Source: Chlorokybus atmophyticus
Lineage: Eukaryota; Plantae; Mesostigma and Chlorokybus algae
Direction of reading: 5' to 3'
DNA: 64,000 bases
Assembly (NCBI GenBank): GCA_009103225.1
Contig: RHPI01000101.1
Span: 18,031 to 82,030 of the forward strand
The number at the start of each line of letters is the position of its first letter. Position 1 is the stretch's first letter. Below the pieces are notes generated by a model, which searched no databases, was not told the origin of the DNA, and saw only the letters and a program-made list of their open reading frames with translations. Positions 38,401-51,872 of the stretch are shown here, piece after piece. The position numbers and the translations under genes are program-made.

Positions 38401-39010
38401 AGTCACTTTTGTTTATTTGAAATTCACTTCCACGCATGCTTGTGGTAACCTTGTGTCCACCTCCACCCGCCACGACAGGCTCTGAAGAAGACAAGCGATG
38501 CGGAAGAGAGCGAACTGTTGGAATTTTCGTGGCGTGCGATGCAACCGCTTATATTAAAGCACGGGTGAGAGAGTTGTTACACGTGCGCAGCGCTAAAGCA
38601 TAGGGATTACGTTGTATCGACGAGCGTGTCAAAACAGGTCGGCAACAGACAAGGAGGCCCTGGAGCGATGCAAGGTGCTGGCGGAGGCTAAGTACCAACC
38701 GCACACAGCATGGCAGGTATGTGCTTGGTTGACATGACCAAGTAGTGGCAGCTTGACTGGAGTCTTACCAACCTGGTCTTGGTGCAGCTGTACAGACAAG
38801 TTATCATGGACTGCTACGCTCATGCGGAAGCAGAAAGGTTTAGGACAAGGTATGAGATTGACAATTAATTGACAATTAATTTGCCGGCCTGAATATTTGT
38901 ACTGCTCTGTAGCGTTAGGATGACGGCATATTGTTGCTTGTGGCAGGGAGGAGAGGTTGAACTCTGTGGGTGTCCTTGCGTACTGCACACCCACACTAGT
39001 CGCTGTGTAG
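29954..39010 (+). CDS. Very long multi-exon coiled-coil protein with a C-terminal EF-hand; probably ciliary or basal-body
   Basis: In-frame exons such as 30748-31281, 32472-, 33192-, 35637-36000 and 36439-36630 encode heptad-rich E/K/R/A/L sequence. The C-terminus has MRDFVYNAFMYKFGVRAVAEQHLHGLLEAV and the EF-loop DADKDGSVSLTFPEF. Stop TAG at 39008-39010. The ciliary role is inference. Confidence 0.8.
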
Positions 39011-39199
39011 TCACTTCAGCGTATACAGTAAATTCGGCTAAGTGACAGCAAGCATCCAGAGCCTAGAGAACTCTGCATGACAGCATGCGAGATAGCGAGT
39101 AGGATCATCTTTGAACACTGTATATACAATGGCGCAGATACATGTCCATACAGCACCTTCGATGGTTGCAATGTGCTACAGCTTCTACCACTGCAACTA

Positions 39200-41795
39200 T
39201 CATGACGAGGAGCGCCGCAGAGATGGGTTTGCCGTCGACTCCGGCACAGCAATGAATTGTTTAAACACAACCAACACGGCACTCATGTTGTCGCAGCCCA
39301 ACCCCGTGCCTCCAGTGTCTGGCGCTATACATGTGTTGAACATCTCTTCAACAATCTGCGACAGCTTCTCCCGCTTGTGCAATCGCTGGTGCACAAAGTC
39401 AACGGCTTCTTGGCTGCTCATCACATCCCAGATGCCATCCTGCGAAAATGTTGTCACATACTGTGGCAACTAGCAACGCGCTTTGTGCTACCACCAAATC
39501 TGCATCACTGCTTGTTCACCATTACAAACAATGCAATGAGAACTTACACATGCGAGTAGTAGAAACTCGTCACCGTCTTGCAGTTGGACTTGCTTAATAT
39601 CTGGGTGTGCAGTGACAATCTGTGCCTCAGGACCGCGCTTGGGATTGCTCTTGTACTCCATATCACCTATTAAGAACGATGCAATGCATATGTACATGTG
39701 TGTTGCCTAGAGTGCTGCAGCATGCCGAACAATAGCAAGCAATCCTCACCAATTGCACGGGACAGTGCCAGCACGCCGTTGACCCTGCCATCTGCAATAA
39801 AACCTCCTGCTGCCAAGATGCGTGTCCGCTCTATCTCACTGTCAGGCTTGTGATCCTTGCTCAACTCAATTGCCTGCACAAGGCAATCACAAGAGGTTCT
39901 GAGCGTACGAAATGTGCAGACAACTACCATGACTAAGCAGATCAATGATACATATAACAAAAGGTACTGTGTGCTGCACGCTGATCAGACTGCTGCGCAC
40001 ACTGCACGTACATTGTTAACCAGGGAACATATGCAAACAACACGTGCACCATGTCCATACCAAGAGTCACCTGGTGCAGCTTGTGGGAAACATGCCAAAT
40101 AGCTAAGAACGAAGCATGGCCAATGCAATCACAGTAGGTACCTGTCCTTTGCGCGACAGCACAGCTCTAGAATCTCCTGCGTTCGCCACTATCAAGGTGT
40201 CACCCCGCATCACAGCTGTCACAGCGGTACTGCCAGCTGTTGGACCTTCATATGTGCTCTGCACAACCAGGTCTGTTGGTGCCAATGACTGTACTCATGG
40301 GACAGTTTCTTGCAAACATGCTGTCATGTAGTAGCCACTGGGACAGCACAACCTCAACTTTGCTGTGAAGAGACACATGCACAAACCTTAGAAGAGGATG
40401 ATTGTTTGGAGGCCCGAGTTTGCGAACCCTCAGCCTCAGCCTCACTTGTGTGCGATTTGTGACCCCCTTGCACTTCTTCCTCCTGGTCTTCAGGGGCAGC
40501 AGCCACTGCACCTCCTTTGCGACCAGAGTCCTCGCGAGACTCCCCCGCCAGCGCTTCCAGCTCTCTGCGGGCGCTCTCCGACCGCATCAAGACATCCATC
40601 TTCAAGTACGCAGCAGATAAGGCCTCCGCCAGGTTTGCACTTCCTTTGATAGCGCCTGTCACGACAACTTTTCAGCAAATGGTGCTGGTGCAACTGACAT
40701 GCAGTTTCTTGGTTGATATGTGCAACGTGCCGCATACTACGAGCAGAATATGCAGCAATGCACTGCCAAGAGCAAATCCAATTCAACTTTATTGCCTGTT
40801 GCCCCAGCTGGAACATGGCACCACAAGTCTCATCTACAATTACGTGCAGTCGTGACTGCCACATTCAATGGGTGTCCGTCGCCAATGCTTTCATGCGAGC
40901 GGCATGGCACAGCTTGGATGCTTATGCATTGATTACGTGTGTTTAAAGTCCCTACCACCCGCTTTGTGCAATCACAACAATGTGCATAGTTGATGAAGCT
41001 CGAGCCTCGAAGAGCCATGATGCGCAAGCTTGCGCCATTGCAGATGTGCATCAACCACAAGCGACCGCCCTAAATACACTCAGGCGAACCTCAACTCAGT
41101 GCAAGTGCACAATTGCTGCACATGGTAATACTGGCTGTTTCAGAAATGGATGTGTGGACTGCGTACATGGCGAGACCCCGACGGATACCTCGACAGCCAA
41201 TGCGCATGGCCTAGCCAAAAGCTGACATACCAGTATGTAGTCCATGTACTAAAACAACTGACCCGTGTGGACAGGAGTACCAATACAAAGTTGTGCACAT
41301 GCTGACAGCTGCTCATGACTGTTGCTGAGATGTACCGTAAAGCAAGTTCTATGTGCAGCTGGCGCATGACGAAGCCGTAAGTGCAGAGGTTGTGTACAGG
41401 TTTTCGCAGCGACCACCATTGATGCTGCCGCACGTAAAGCTCACGACGTATACAGGTATATACCCATTCTAAAGAGGATGAGATCCGCCAGGGTAATGAG
41501 CTAGCTGCAGCCGTGACATGCTCACGGCCCAGCTCTGGCCAATCGCTGACGCTTGTCGAACCAGTAACTTACCGGGGAGGTGCTTGGCGCAGTAGAGAGC
41601 GACCTCCTTGCCACCGTGGCCGTCGTATACGCCGAACAGGTGGGTGGCCTGGTCATCGATGTCCAGGAGCGTGGCGTGCGCGTCCTCCATGCCGAGTCTC
41701 CACCCCTGCATGGCGCTGGACCCAAAGGCCACGGCGTCGTTCGCCCCATCGCTGCTGGTCTTGTTCGTGTTGGGCGTGCTCAAATACGCCCCCAT
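39200..41795 (-). CDS. PP2C: Protein phosphatase 2C (PPM1G-like, N-terminal MGAYLS), about 6 exons
   Basis: [91 protein letters not shown]. Confidence 0.97.
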
Positions 41796-42257
41796 CCCTC
41801 CACTCGCATCCGCCGCACAGCCAAACCCCCCTCCCCCAACTTCAACCCCGCTGCCCCGGCCAACCTCCCCAACCACACCTCCGCCACAAAACCCTAGGTC
41901 GTACAACTTCCGCATTAGGGTTGTTGGGCGGACCTCTTCCTTCCATTCCAACCTCCTGTGGTCTCGGAAGGTCGTCCTGAACGTTCGCTCTTTCATAACA
42001 AAAGCAGCAGACTCGCCCACTAAGCAGGTGACACGTACACGCACATGACGTTGAGAAGTACGGTACGCGCGTTACACCTTGTGCGTCAGCAATTTGGTTG
42101 TTAGCGCATCTCTGTGGTCTGATAGATCGCTTGGAGTGTTTCAGGTACTGAAATACTACAGCTATACCTGAGGTATCCTGTAGTGTCTCGAATACAGGCT
42201 TCAGACACTGCGTTCAGCATGTCGCTAAGCACATTGGTGCATGTTGGCGGCGGCGAC

Positions 42258-44246
42258 ATGGGTGACGGCGGCGGCGGTGCCGGCGGCAGTGGTGTCGACG
42301 TTAACAAGGGGAGGTCTGTACGGAGCCGTGAGAGTTTCGAGTATGGCCCCGAGATGGCAGCTGCAAGGACGAAGTACGCTCCCTACGTTCGGAACGACGA
42401 GTATGGCGTCATTGGGGAGTCCCCACGCAGGCAAGCTACAACCACAAGGACATGCCAGCGACCACGTCTGTGTGCATGCCAAGCAGCTGATTATGCGCTT
42501 TGTTGCTGTTCAGGTTGGGGACGAAGGTGAGGGTGTGGGTGGGGACGGCGGTGCTGGTGCCGGTGAGGATGTCGTTGGTTGTATGCGTTATATTCTTCTT
42601 CTTCCTGGTGTGCCGGTGCGCAGTGGCGGCGGCGGCAGTGGTAGCGTGGCTGAGGGTAGAGCCACGTGGCGCCGCTCCGTTGTACGACGGCCGCCGCAGC
42701 CCCGTAGTGGTGTGGTTTGGGCGGTGGTGTGCCAGGACATTGCTGTTCGTGCTGGGCTTCTACTACATTGAGAAAAGGAGAGTGGTAGGCAGTGGCGAAG
42801 ACAATAGTAACAGCAACAGTTTTGTGGCTGTTGTCTCCAATCACATCAGCTATCTGGACATCCTCTACCACATGTCCGACAGCTTCCCCTCCTTTGTCGC
42901 AAAGGTGATTAACACGCAAGATCTAAGACATTGTGAATATCAGTCACGCACGCAGTAAAGCTATCAAACGGTCAAACATAACACAATTATGAATATATAC
43001 AAACAATGGTACTATGCATGTGTGGACATGGCAATTCTGCACTCAGTAGTTAAGGAATGCAGCAACCAATGGGGGAAGGAGTTAATGAAGCGGGTGGTTG
43101 AGGCTTTATGATCTGCTATGCACTAGTATCAATACCTATGTAGGGCGAATGCGCTCGTGACTCAGCAACAGTGCATGTGTTCCCACCTGCTGTTGTGCAC
43201 GTGCTGCGCAGCGCGTTGAACCAATATGTATTTCACGCACACACAATTGCCGCAGCGTGCACTGTTGCGTTAAGGGGACCTGATGATGCGATCAATGTTT
43301 CTGGTAGGCAGGGACTCGAAAGGTGCCGCTTGTCGGCGCCATCAGGTGCGCAAAAGAGAGTGTGTAACTTTTTTGTGTCACCGGTTCTCATTGCTTGCTT
43401 ATCGCTTGCTTGATGTTGTGATAATTCAGCGAGTGCATGGGCTGCGTGTACGTTGACCGCGAGGTCGCCGATGCCACGCGCAACGGAGTGTCCGGTAAGG
43501 TTGTAACCCGGAATGACTGTTTATGTACTTGAAGTCTGCAGTCATGTATACATAACAACGACAACAACAGGATTGGTGAAAGCACGCTTAGAGGCTCGCA
43601 GGCAAGAACCGCACAACTACCAGCCAATGTTGTTGTTCCCTGGTGAGTGTGTGCGATGTAACATCGCCGATGATGCACATGCATTATTTGTTTATTGTGA
43701 TGATAAATATTCACTAGGCTTTATTTCTTCCATTTTAGAGGGCACAACAACAAATGGGGAATACTTGCTGCCCTTCAAGACGGGAGCGTTTCTGGCGGGC
43801 GCACCCGTCAAACCCGTGCTGCTTCGCTACAAGTGGCAACACTTCAGCCCTGCCTGGGAAACCATCACTGCGGTACTACTAATGGTGTGGTTGTTGTTGT
43901 CCTTGAACATGTGATAACACAGTCGCACCCCACTGCGTGCGCAGCCTCGGCACATCCAGCTCCTCTGCAGCCAGCTGTACAACACGCTCGAGGTGGTGGA
44001 ACTCCCCACGTATGTGCCGAGCGCGGAAGAGGCGGTCGACCCTGCGCTGTATGCCGCCAACGTGCGCGCATATATGGCCAAAGAGGTATGTGTGACAGTA
44101 TGTTGTTGGTTTGTGTTGAGTTGTGTCACCTGACTGGGTGTGCGCTTTGTGAAACGCAGGGTGGGCTCGTCCCTTCGAGCCTGACACTGCAAGACAAACG
44201 CGCCTACCAGTCGATACTGCTAGGGAAGTCATTCAAAGGAGATTGA
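42258..44246 (+). CDS. LPEAT: Lysophospholipid acyltransferase (LPEAT/LPCAT family)
   Basis: VSNHISYLDIL (HX4D motif), PSFVAK, LLFPEGTTTNG, LPFKTGAFLAG, PVKPVLLRY, YAANVRAYMA. The first intron appears to be GC-AG. Confidence 0.95.
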
Positions 44247-44605
44247 CAATGTAAATGATAGATCACATTTCTAGACCTGTTGCTGTGACAAAGGTGCAAT
44301 ATACATTCATGTACATCTTGATTCTCTTGCAAGGGTATATGTACCGCTACTTTTACCTCACTCGCTCATGTATGGCTGTTGTTGCCTAATGTCAGCAATG
44401 AGCAGCTTCTTCAAGCAAAACCCAATGATATGACAATGCAGTAGCTGCAGTAGCTTACAACAAAAGGCACAACACAATAAAAGCGGGACTCGAGACAAAC
44501 GCGAAAACTGGGTTGTATATATACTAAGTCGGTTGGTACTTGCTAGCAACACATACAACAGAGAGGCAAACCAACTACCTGCACACCATTTCTCATCTCA
44601 CGCTA

Positions 44606-47600
44606 TCATGATGAGGCCGCTGCGCGCGTCGCAGCTGCGTTGGTGCCGGCAGCCACCACAGCGGCAATCTTGCGGAAAGCCGTGGCGGCAGCGGTGTTGT
44701 ACACAATGAGGCCAAGGAACAGCACGCCCGCACCGGCGTAGAAGGCGTTGTCGAGCACGGGTGGTGCGCCGATGAAGGGGAGGGGCAGCGTAAATGCTAA
44801 CACAGTCAAGGGAACTGCATAACACAAATTACATCATGTTGGTATGCGCGATGCTGGACATGCAAACACATATACCAAGTGTTACGGCATGGTACGGAGT
44901 TTTGTATCTACATGTATCTACATGTGTCAATATGTGTGCGTAGTAGGACACACGCAAACAGAAGCCATGCTACCACTGCATAGCACCGAGACTTGCAGAT
45001 GCCAGCATGCGCACATGTGCGTGTGAACCAACAAGTTGTTGGGGCATACGGGTGAGTGCGAGTTTCTCTTGCCTGAGGCGGAGATGGCGAGTGAGGGCAC
45101 GACAGCGGAGGAGATCTTGAGGAGGTAGACGGCAACAATGTTGAAGGCCAGGTTGGCAAGGACATATGCAACAGCCAGGAGGGGCGCGGCAGCACACTCA
45201 GGCCCGCCCCGGCCAAGGAAACACGCCGCACCCGCGCTCAGGTACGCCGGCAGCTCAGCCCAAGCAATGCCCTGCAAGCGCATGCATGAGCAACTGTGGT
45301 CCACAAGAAGGTACACTTTCATATAGCTCGCTCACAAACATGCGCAAGTACACATACACTAATACAACGCAAGCACCCTCATCGCATGCATGCATGTGTG
45401 TGTATCACTGATCACGTGTGGCAGCAGGAGTTACACGAATCGGGCCACAACTTGCCTGGTAGGCTGATATGGCAGGGAGGAACAGCAGGACAAACAGCGC
45501 CTGGAACAGCGAGCTGAAGCTGTTGAGCACAAAAAGGTCCATTGAACCGCATGCTAACCGTTGCCTTGCGTCCTGCACAACAAAGCACGACACATTACAG
45601 CCATGCATGCTTACCAACGCATGCACCCATATAAGCTTAGTTACATTGGTACACACATATTTGCTGATGCAGACATGTATGCTTTTACGCGCATGCACAT
45701 CACAACCTGTGCTCACCCTAAACACTGCTTCCTTCAAGATTGTGGCTGCTGCCGGAAATGCCAGCGATGCCATGTAGATGTAGGGGTAGGCGCTTTTGTT
45801 CACCACTCCAAACACCTACAGAGAGCGCCCGCAAGCTTACCACCAACTTATCATAGCACAAGCCACACACATGCACAGTCGCCTTGCTGGCAGTTGATCC
45901 TGTTCATCCATGCATGCATGACTGACTCACGGGGTTGGGCAGTAGTAGTAGTAGTAGTAGGATTAGGGGTAATGAAGTAGGCAGCTAGTGTGTTGGTGCT
46001 TAGCCCGGTGGTCGTGTTGGAGGTGAAAGTGTGTGAATGTTGGACATGCTGCATGTGTTATGCATGGCACAAAACTGCATTGAATGCTTGGTGCACCCAG
46101 ACGTAGTCTCACTTCAGTAGCAGTGGCGGCAGCGGTGTTGTTGCTAGCAAACACACTCAATGCCACGCCAGCCATAACCAGCGCGGCACCAACAACCTGC
46201 GACGCAGCAAAGCGTGCACCCAGAAACACCGCCGACAGGAGCAGCTGCCAGAACAAGAACGTCTGCTGCAGCACCGGCAGCAACGCACCTGTAAGTGGAC
46301 AAAAAGTTCAAACATGCAATGGTAGACCATGCAAATATGCACATGCGTGCGTGGGTACGTGCATGTGTGCACATACCTGCCTGCGTATGTGTGCGTGCAT
46401 GTGCATGTGCTTGTGCCTGTACATGCATGTCGGCATGCGTATGTATGTGTGCATGTGCATGGGTCTGGGCCGTGCTTGTTCATTCGAGCGTGTGTGCATG
46501 TGCTTGTATAGATGCACATAGGCGTGTACATATGTGGGTATTCTTCCCAAAGTACCGTCAAACACGCATCCATGTACCTGACAACTGTGCTGCTAGTGTG
46601 ATCATACCACATCAAGTGCACACTGTGTATATGCATCACTCATGTACATACCAGGTAGTGCCGCAGCCACAACGCATCCTGCGGCGAGTCCAAGTGCTTC
46701 GAGTGCACCAATGAGGACAAACGAGGCCTTGGGGTAGGCGAGCATCTCATCAGGGATGGCAGCGGGTGAGGAGTTGCGCCGCGCAGTGAGGATGGCCAAA
46801 TACGCCACACAGTTGCCAACAGTCAAGAACTGGGCCAGGAAAAACGTGTAGCGCTGCAGAGGCACCAGAGCCATCTTGAACAGCACCCTGCATGTTATAG
46901 ACTTGTGTGTTTTTGGCCATGCAGTTGGTCCAATGCTATGTAGATCTTGACCAAGCTTGTCATGTGGACCACAAGTGATTGGGATCATCAAGTGTTTCCA
47001 CAACACTTGCGTGCATGCGGGCTTATTGACACCAGTACTCTAGCAAAAGTAACCGACTGGACAACAAGGAAATTACTGGTAACAGTACTCGTAATGAAGT
47101 GGCATGCTCTTCTTGTATGTGCGTTCAGTGCCGTCTTCCCTAGCATGCATGCATGCAAGCAAGATGCATGGTCTTGCGCACTGCACTTGCTCATGCATAT
47201 TGGTTTCTGCCATTGTTGTTTGACTACCACTACACCCACGGAACACTTGTTGTCTTGCTTGTGTATTTGCTGCATGCCACAAGTCAATGCTAAAAGCTAG
47301 CAAGCAGGAAGCGAATGTGGACTTGCGCACAGCAATGCAATGTTGGGGGCAATGCGCACCTGCTGGCGACGCTGAGAGCGACGACGCATAGCGTAACCAG
47401 CGTGACGGCGCCGCTGTTCTTCTCGGATCTGGTCTGGTAGGGCAGGGCGATGGCGGAGCGGGCGGAGGACGTTGAGGATGCGGAGGAGTCGCCCGCCGCA
47501 GCGGCAGCCGCCGCAGCCTGGGCCCGAGCGGGAGGCGCGGGCGAGGTAGGGAGTGGCCGCCGCCGCCTGGGGAAGGGGTGGCCGTGCCAGGGTTGTGACA

Positions 47601-47784
47601 ACCGCCACGTGGCGTCACCGCATTGCCTGCGCAGCAACGACTGAGCCGACGACGACGACGGTGAAGGAAGAGCAGCTCTCTGCCGCCGTCGCTGAGGCAG
47701 CGAACATGCGCAGCCACATGGCTGCCGCTGTGCAGCGAGCGAGTAGCTCGTCGTGAACACCGGCGACGCCACCGCCGCCGCCAT
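44606..47784 (-). CDS. CLT: CRT-like (CLT) plastid thiol transporter with a putative transit peptide
   Basis: Ser/Arg/Ala-rich N-terminus; VLFKMALVPLQRYTFFLAQF, LPVLQQTFLFWQLLLS, TILKEAVF, DLFVLNSFSSLFQALFVLLFLP, NLAFNI, VPLTVLAFTLPLP. Confidence 0.92.
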
Positions 47785-49002
47785 CGCCACCGCCCCCAAC
47801 CCAGCCGCACCCGCCAGCTCCGCCTCCACGATCCACGCCCAACCCCACAACCACCACCTCCGCCGCCACCTCCGCCGCCTGCCTCCCCGCCAACGCGCCA
47901 CGTGGCGTTCTGATCGGTTAGCAGCTCCCAGCCTTCAGTGCTTGATTGCGATCACGCGACCGTGGTTAACTAACCCCCCTACCCCCGCCGCACAGCCGCA
48001 AGCTCAAACCCCTTGACCGGATTTCCTTCGTTTTACGGCTTCAGTGTGTCAGAACCTAGGCGGCTGGGCTACAATGATTGCGAGCAGTGTCGCCAATGAG
48101 GCGTCGCGAGATGTGCACTGCGCCCCGCGGCGATTGGCTCGCACCTTGTTGGATAGGAGTGGAGATCTGACATGGCACATCCTGGCGGCCAGGACCCTGG
48201 CCTGCTACATATTTGTAAGGTGACTGCTGTGTTAGAATGTTCTCGATAATTGTTACTTCAATGTTGATGTGAGTTGACATTGTCAACTTGACAACCATTG
48301 AACATGTTGAGCTTAGAGATTGTACCAAAGCTTTTCGGTTCCATGCACTTAATGGCAGAAGAATTGACACGGCATCACACCTTTTACATTATCTGTAAAA
48401 TTCTTTTCATTATATAATGACTTCTTCTGGCATTGTGTGCGCTTGATGGTTTTATGCAGCCATTAGAGTTGACATCATCCTCCAATGGTTGTGGCAACCG
48501 CTAGATGTGACAAATCAGCTGACTAATAGCTATTAAACATGATTAATTCCATGAAATGCTATAATGAAATAACATCAGTCTCATATATGATCATGGCGGC
48601 CATTACAGCAGTGCATAGCACGACATCACCGCCCCGCCCTGCACGTAACCTTGCTGCTACTGCCTTCAAATTGCGAATTTGTCTGTCTTGATGTGCTGAT
48701 GCTGCTATTGCTGCTACACCCTACTACTAATACAACTTTTGCTAACAAGCGGCTGTAACAAACGGATTAGTTGCCGATGTTGCTTGCTGCCCCGCCTCTT
48801 ACACCGCCTCAACCCCTCCACAGCCACGCACTTGGCTAGAGCACATAGTTGCAGCATTAAGTTGCCGCTGTCGTAATCTTGTGCTTCTGCCTCCGCTGCT
48901 CTGCCTGGCTTGCTTATTGTAGCGTTGATCATGTGTGTGCTTGCGCTACATTGCATGATTATGCATTACGTGACATCACATTTATGTACATATACATAAA
49001 TA

Positions 49003-49100
49003 TAGATAGATAGATAGATAGACAGATCAATGGATAGATAGATAGAGATATAGATTTAGATAAGGATATAAATACAGATATAAATATAGATATAAATATA
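49003..49100. repeat. (GATA)n / (TA)-rich microsatellite in an AT-rich intergenic region
   Basis: Direct reading. Confidence 0.85.
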
Positions 49101-50898
49101 AATATTTGTTATACGTGTCTTATATACCACAATGCTGTACAGACTTCTTTGCAATGAAATCCTTAATGGGGGTCGCTTTACAAATAAAACATGTTGGTTA
49201 ATTTTTATTTTGCGTAATGAGCTATCGATTAAAAAGCATGGAGTAACGAGATTATAATCATATGCAAATTAACGGTTTAACACATCATTACGAAACAATA
49301 TGGTATATGTCATTAAAGTTGTCATATAAGGTAAAAGTTATAATAATACATACCGGTATACAAATTTATTAATGTTACAATGCTAATGATTACTTTTGGG
49401 TTAACAATTATATCATGCTTAATAAAAGCCGTTACAATTGACTTAATTACAATAGCGGAGGCATAACTCTAGTCGTTTTAATTAACTTATTTGTAACAGC
49501 GGCGGCATAACTCTAAATAATTGCCTTACGACACTACAGTGTAAACTCCTCGACGTCACGTTCAGGAACCACGCATACGGTATACGTGGTTCCTGAAATA
49601 ATGTGCATGTTAGATGAGATTGTATATCAAAAATGATGGGGTTTGAAGTCTTCAAAGAGACCAATTTTAAGCTCGATATAAATTGATGACGTTTACGCGT
49701 TACCGGTTATATTTTTTATTATCTCGTCACTTAACATGAAAGGGTTGCAATAGTTTGTTAAATTCTGTAGCACAGCATACGGTGCATGAAATTGTCACAT
49801 CGTAAGTGTGGGCCCAACCCTACTTTGCATACAGTATCATAGTACATGCATAGAAGATCATGGTCATGCCAAGTATGACCAAGACCCCAAGCAACACACA
49901 AGTTGGCCGAGGGGTGTAGCTGACAAGCGCTTAGCAACAAGCAAGCTAGCTAACCCACTACACTACGTGCTTGGGCAAGTGTGCAAGTGTGTATAGTGGC
50001 AAGCTAAGGTAGAACAAGTGGACCACCTGCAGCGATGGAGGTAGCTGGAGGGGAAAAGGAGCAGCGTGTGAGTCCCTTTGATAGGCGAGGCAGTGCGTGG
50101 TTAAGACTATTCTGTATATGAAGTGCATGTTGTGCATATGGCGTGCTTACTCCTCGCGCCCCTCACCGCATGCGCATTAACCCTGCCGCCGCTACCCACG
50201 CAGTCACAACGCAATGACAATGGCTCATATATGTGTCGTAAGGATTGGGGTTACCACTTGAAGCATGGACTATACAGATGTGAATCATGTGTCAACATAC
50301 GTTATTTGCACACGTATGTTACCAGCGTACACAATCAGGCGGTGTCTTTCCTTTAGATCAATGTCATGTCATGGCGCTCGATGGCAATAACGCGAATATT
50401 ACATGATGTGCGCATGCATGCACATGGTATTGGTTTGCACACATGGTGTACTTGAAACATCAATTTGGTACCAACCAGTCTGAAGAACATGCAACTCAAA
50501 CCGCACGAAACAAAAGCACCGCGTACGAACAGACGAACGCATTGATTGCCGGCAATGCCAACGGTTTTGCCGCCCGCCTGAAACGCACGTAACGTTACCT
50601 CCCACACGGGACACACGGGCCGCGGCGCGAGACACAGAGCCAACAAACGTTCGCCGAACCCTAACGGGGGGCGCGCGGAAAGCTCTTGCCTTAACCTGCG
50701 GAGGACGCGAAGGCGGCGGTGGAGGAGCAGCAGGAGGAGGCGGAAGCGGCGGAGAAGGAGGGCGTGGATCGGCGATTGAGCTGGCTGAAGCAAGGTTTAG
50801 TTCGTGGAATCTTGGTGGGAGTGTGGAGGATATTGCGAGGGCGAGAAGATGGTGAGCGGCCGGCGGCGTCGGTGGTGAAATGATGAGTTCCCGTCGCC

Positions 50899-51872
50899 AT
50901 GATCACCCGGTTGAAGATTGTGACCATCCTGGTTAGAGACCAAGAGGAGGCGCTCAACTTCTACACCAACAGTCTCGGCTTTAGAAAGGTAGAATCATGC
51001 TTCCTCTTAACTGTGTGTTTGCCTTTGTTTTGCCTGCACACTCTCAACTTGATCAGCCATAAGCACAGTTGTGGCCAGCACAGTCAGGGTTTGGATTTGC
51101 TCTTTGGCTGCACTACCAGTAATGACTATACTCGTTCAATTTGCTTTTCCAAAACTGTCTTTGAACAGAAGCTGTGAGAGCGATTGCAGTAGCAGTTTTG
51201 CTTGACAACCAGTCCTGTGCTTGCTTTGTGTTGCACATGGGTGCGCAGCTAGGGTTTGCTGTGGCTGTAAGAGCATGAAGCATCAGTCCTGACTCAGATA
51301 GCAACGTGCATAGGGGCACCATTTGTGGTTGTTACGCGCTTGTTGGTGTCTGCGGTTGTGTCGCGACCTGCAGGTGTTGATTTCGTCAACTACCATGACA
51401 CGCACGTTTGCATGTGTATGCGTGCGAGCCTGTATGGTATAATGTTTTCATGCTGCTGTTGTGTGCTTGTGAGTCTGCGTAAAGTGTGCATGCGTATGTT
51501 GATCAGGTCAGCGATCAGCCGTTTGGGCCGGGGATGCGATGGCTGACAGTGGCCCCGGCGTCATTCGTGCCGGGGGACGTGGAGATTTGTCTACTGAAGC
51601 CGGAGCCGATGATGCATGGGGAGATTGGGGCGGCGCAGCTGCTGGAGAGGGTTGGTCAGAACCCCGCGTGGAGCTTCCTCACAGACGATTGTCGCGGGGA
51701 CTACGAGGCCATGCGCGCACGCGGTGTCGAGTTTGCATCCCCTCCCCAGGCACAGATGTACGGCATCGAGGCCGTCTTCCGAGACTGCTACGGCAACGCC
51801 TTCTCCATGGTGCAGCCACCCCCCGCCTTCCCGCCCCAACGACCGGCATCCCAGCAACAACATTACAGTTGA
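50899..51872 (+). CDS. VOC / glyoxalase-bleomycin-resistance family protein, 2 exons (50899-50988, 51507-51872)
   Basis: Phase-0 splice gives MITRLKIVTILVRDQEEALNFYTNSLGFRK|VSDQPFGPGMRWLTVAP...FLTDDCRGDYEAMRARGVEF...YGIEAVFRDCYGNAFSMVQ. Confidence 0.92.

Noticed and set aside
41889-41922. Telo-box-like AAACCCTA / TAGGGTT between PP2C and LPEAT
   Set aside because: Short motifs can occur by chance; function cannot be supported without TSS data.
44250-44254. TGTAA chlorophyte-type poly(A) signal after the LPEAT stop
   Set aside because: The 5-mer is common in this window and the lineage is uncertain.
49454-49515. AGCGG(A/C)GGCATAACTCTA direct repeat in the AT-rich tract
   Set aside because: Only two copies, with no element boundaries found.
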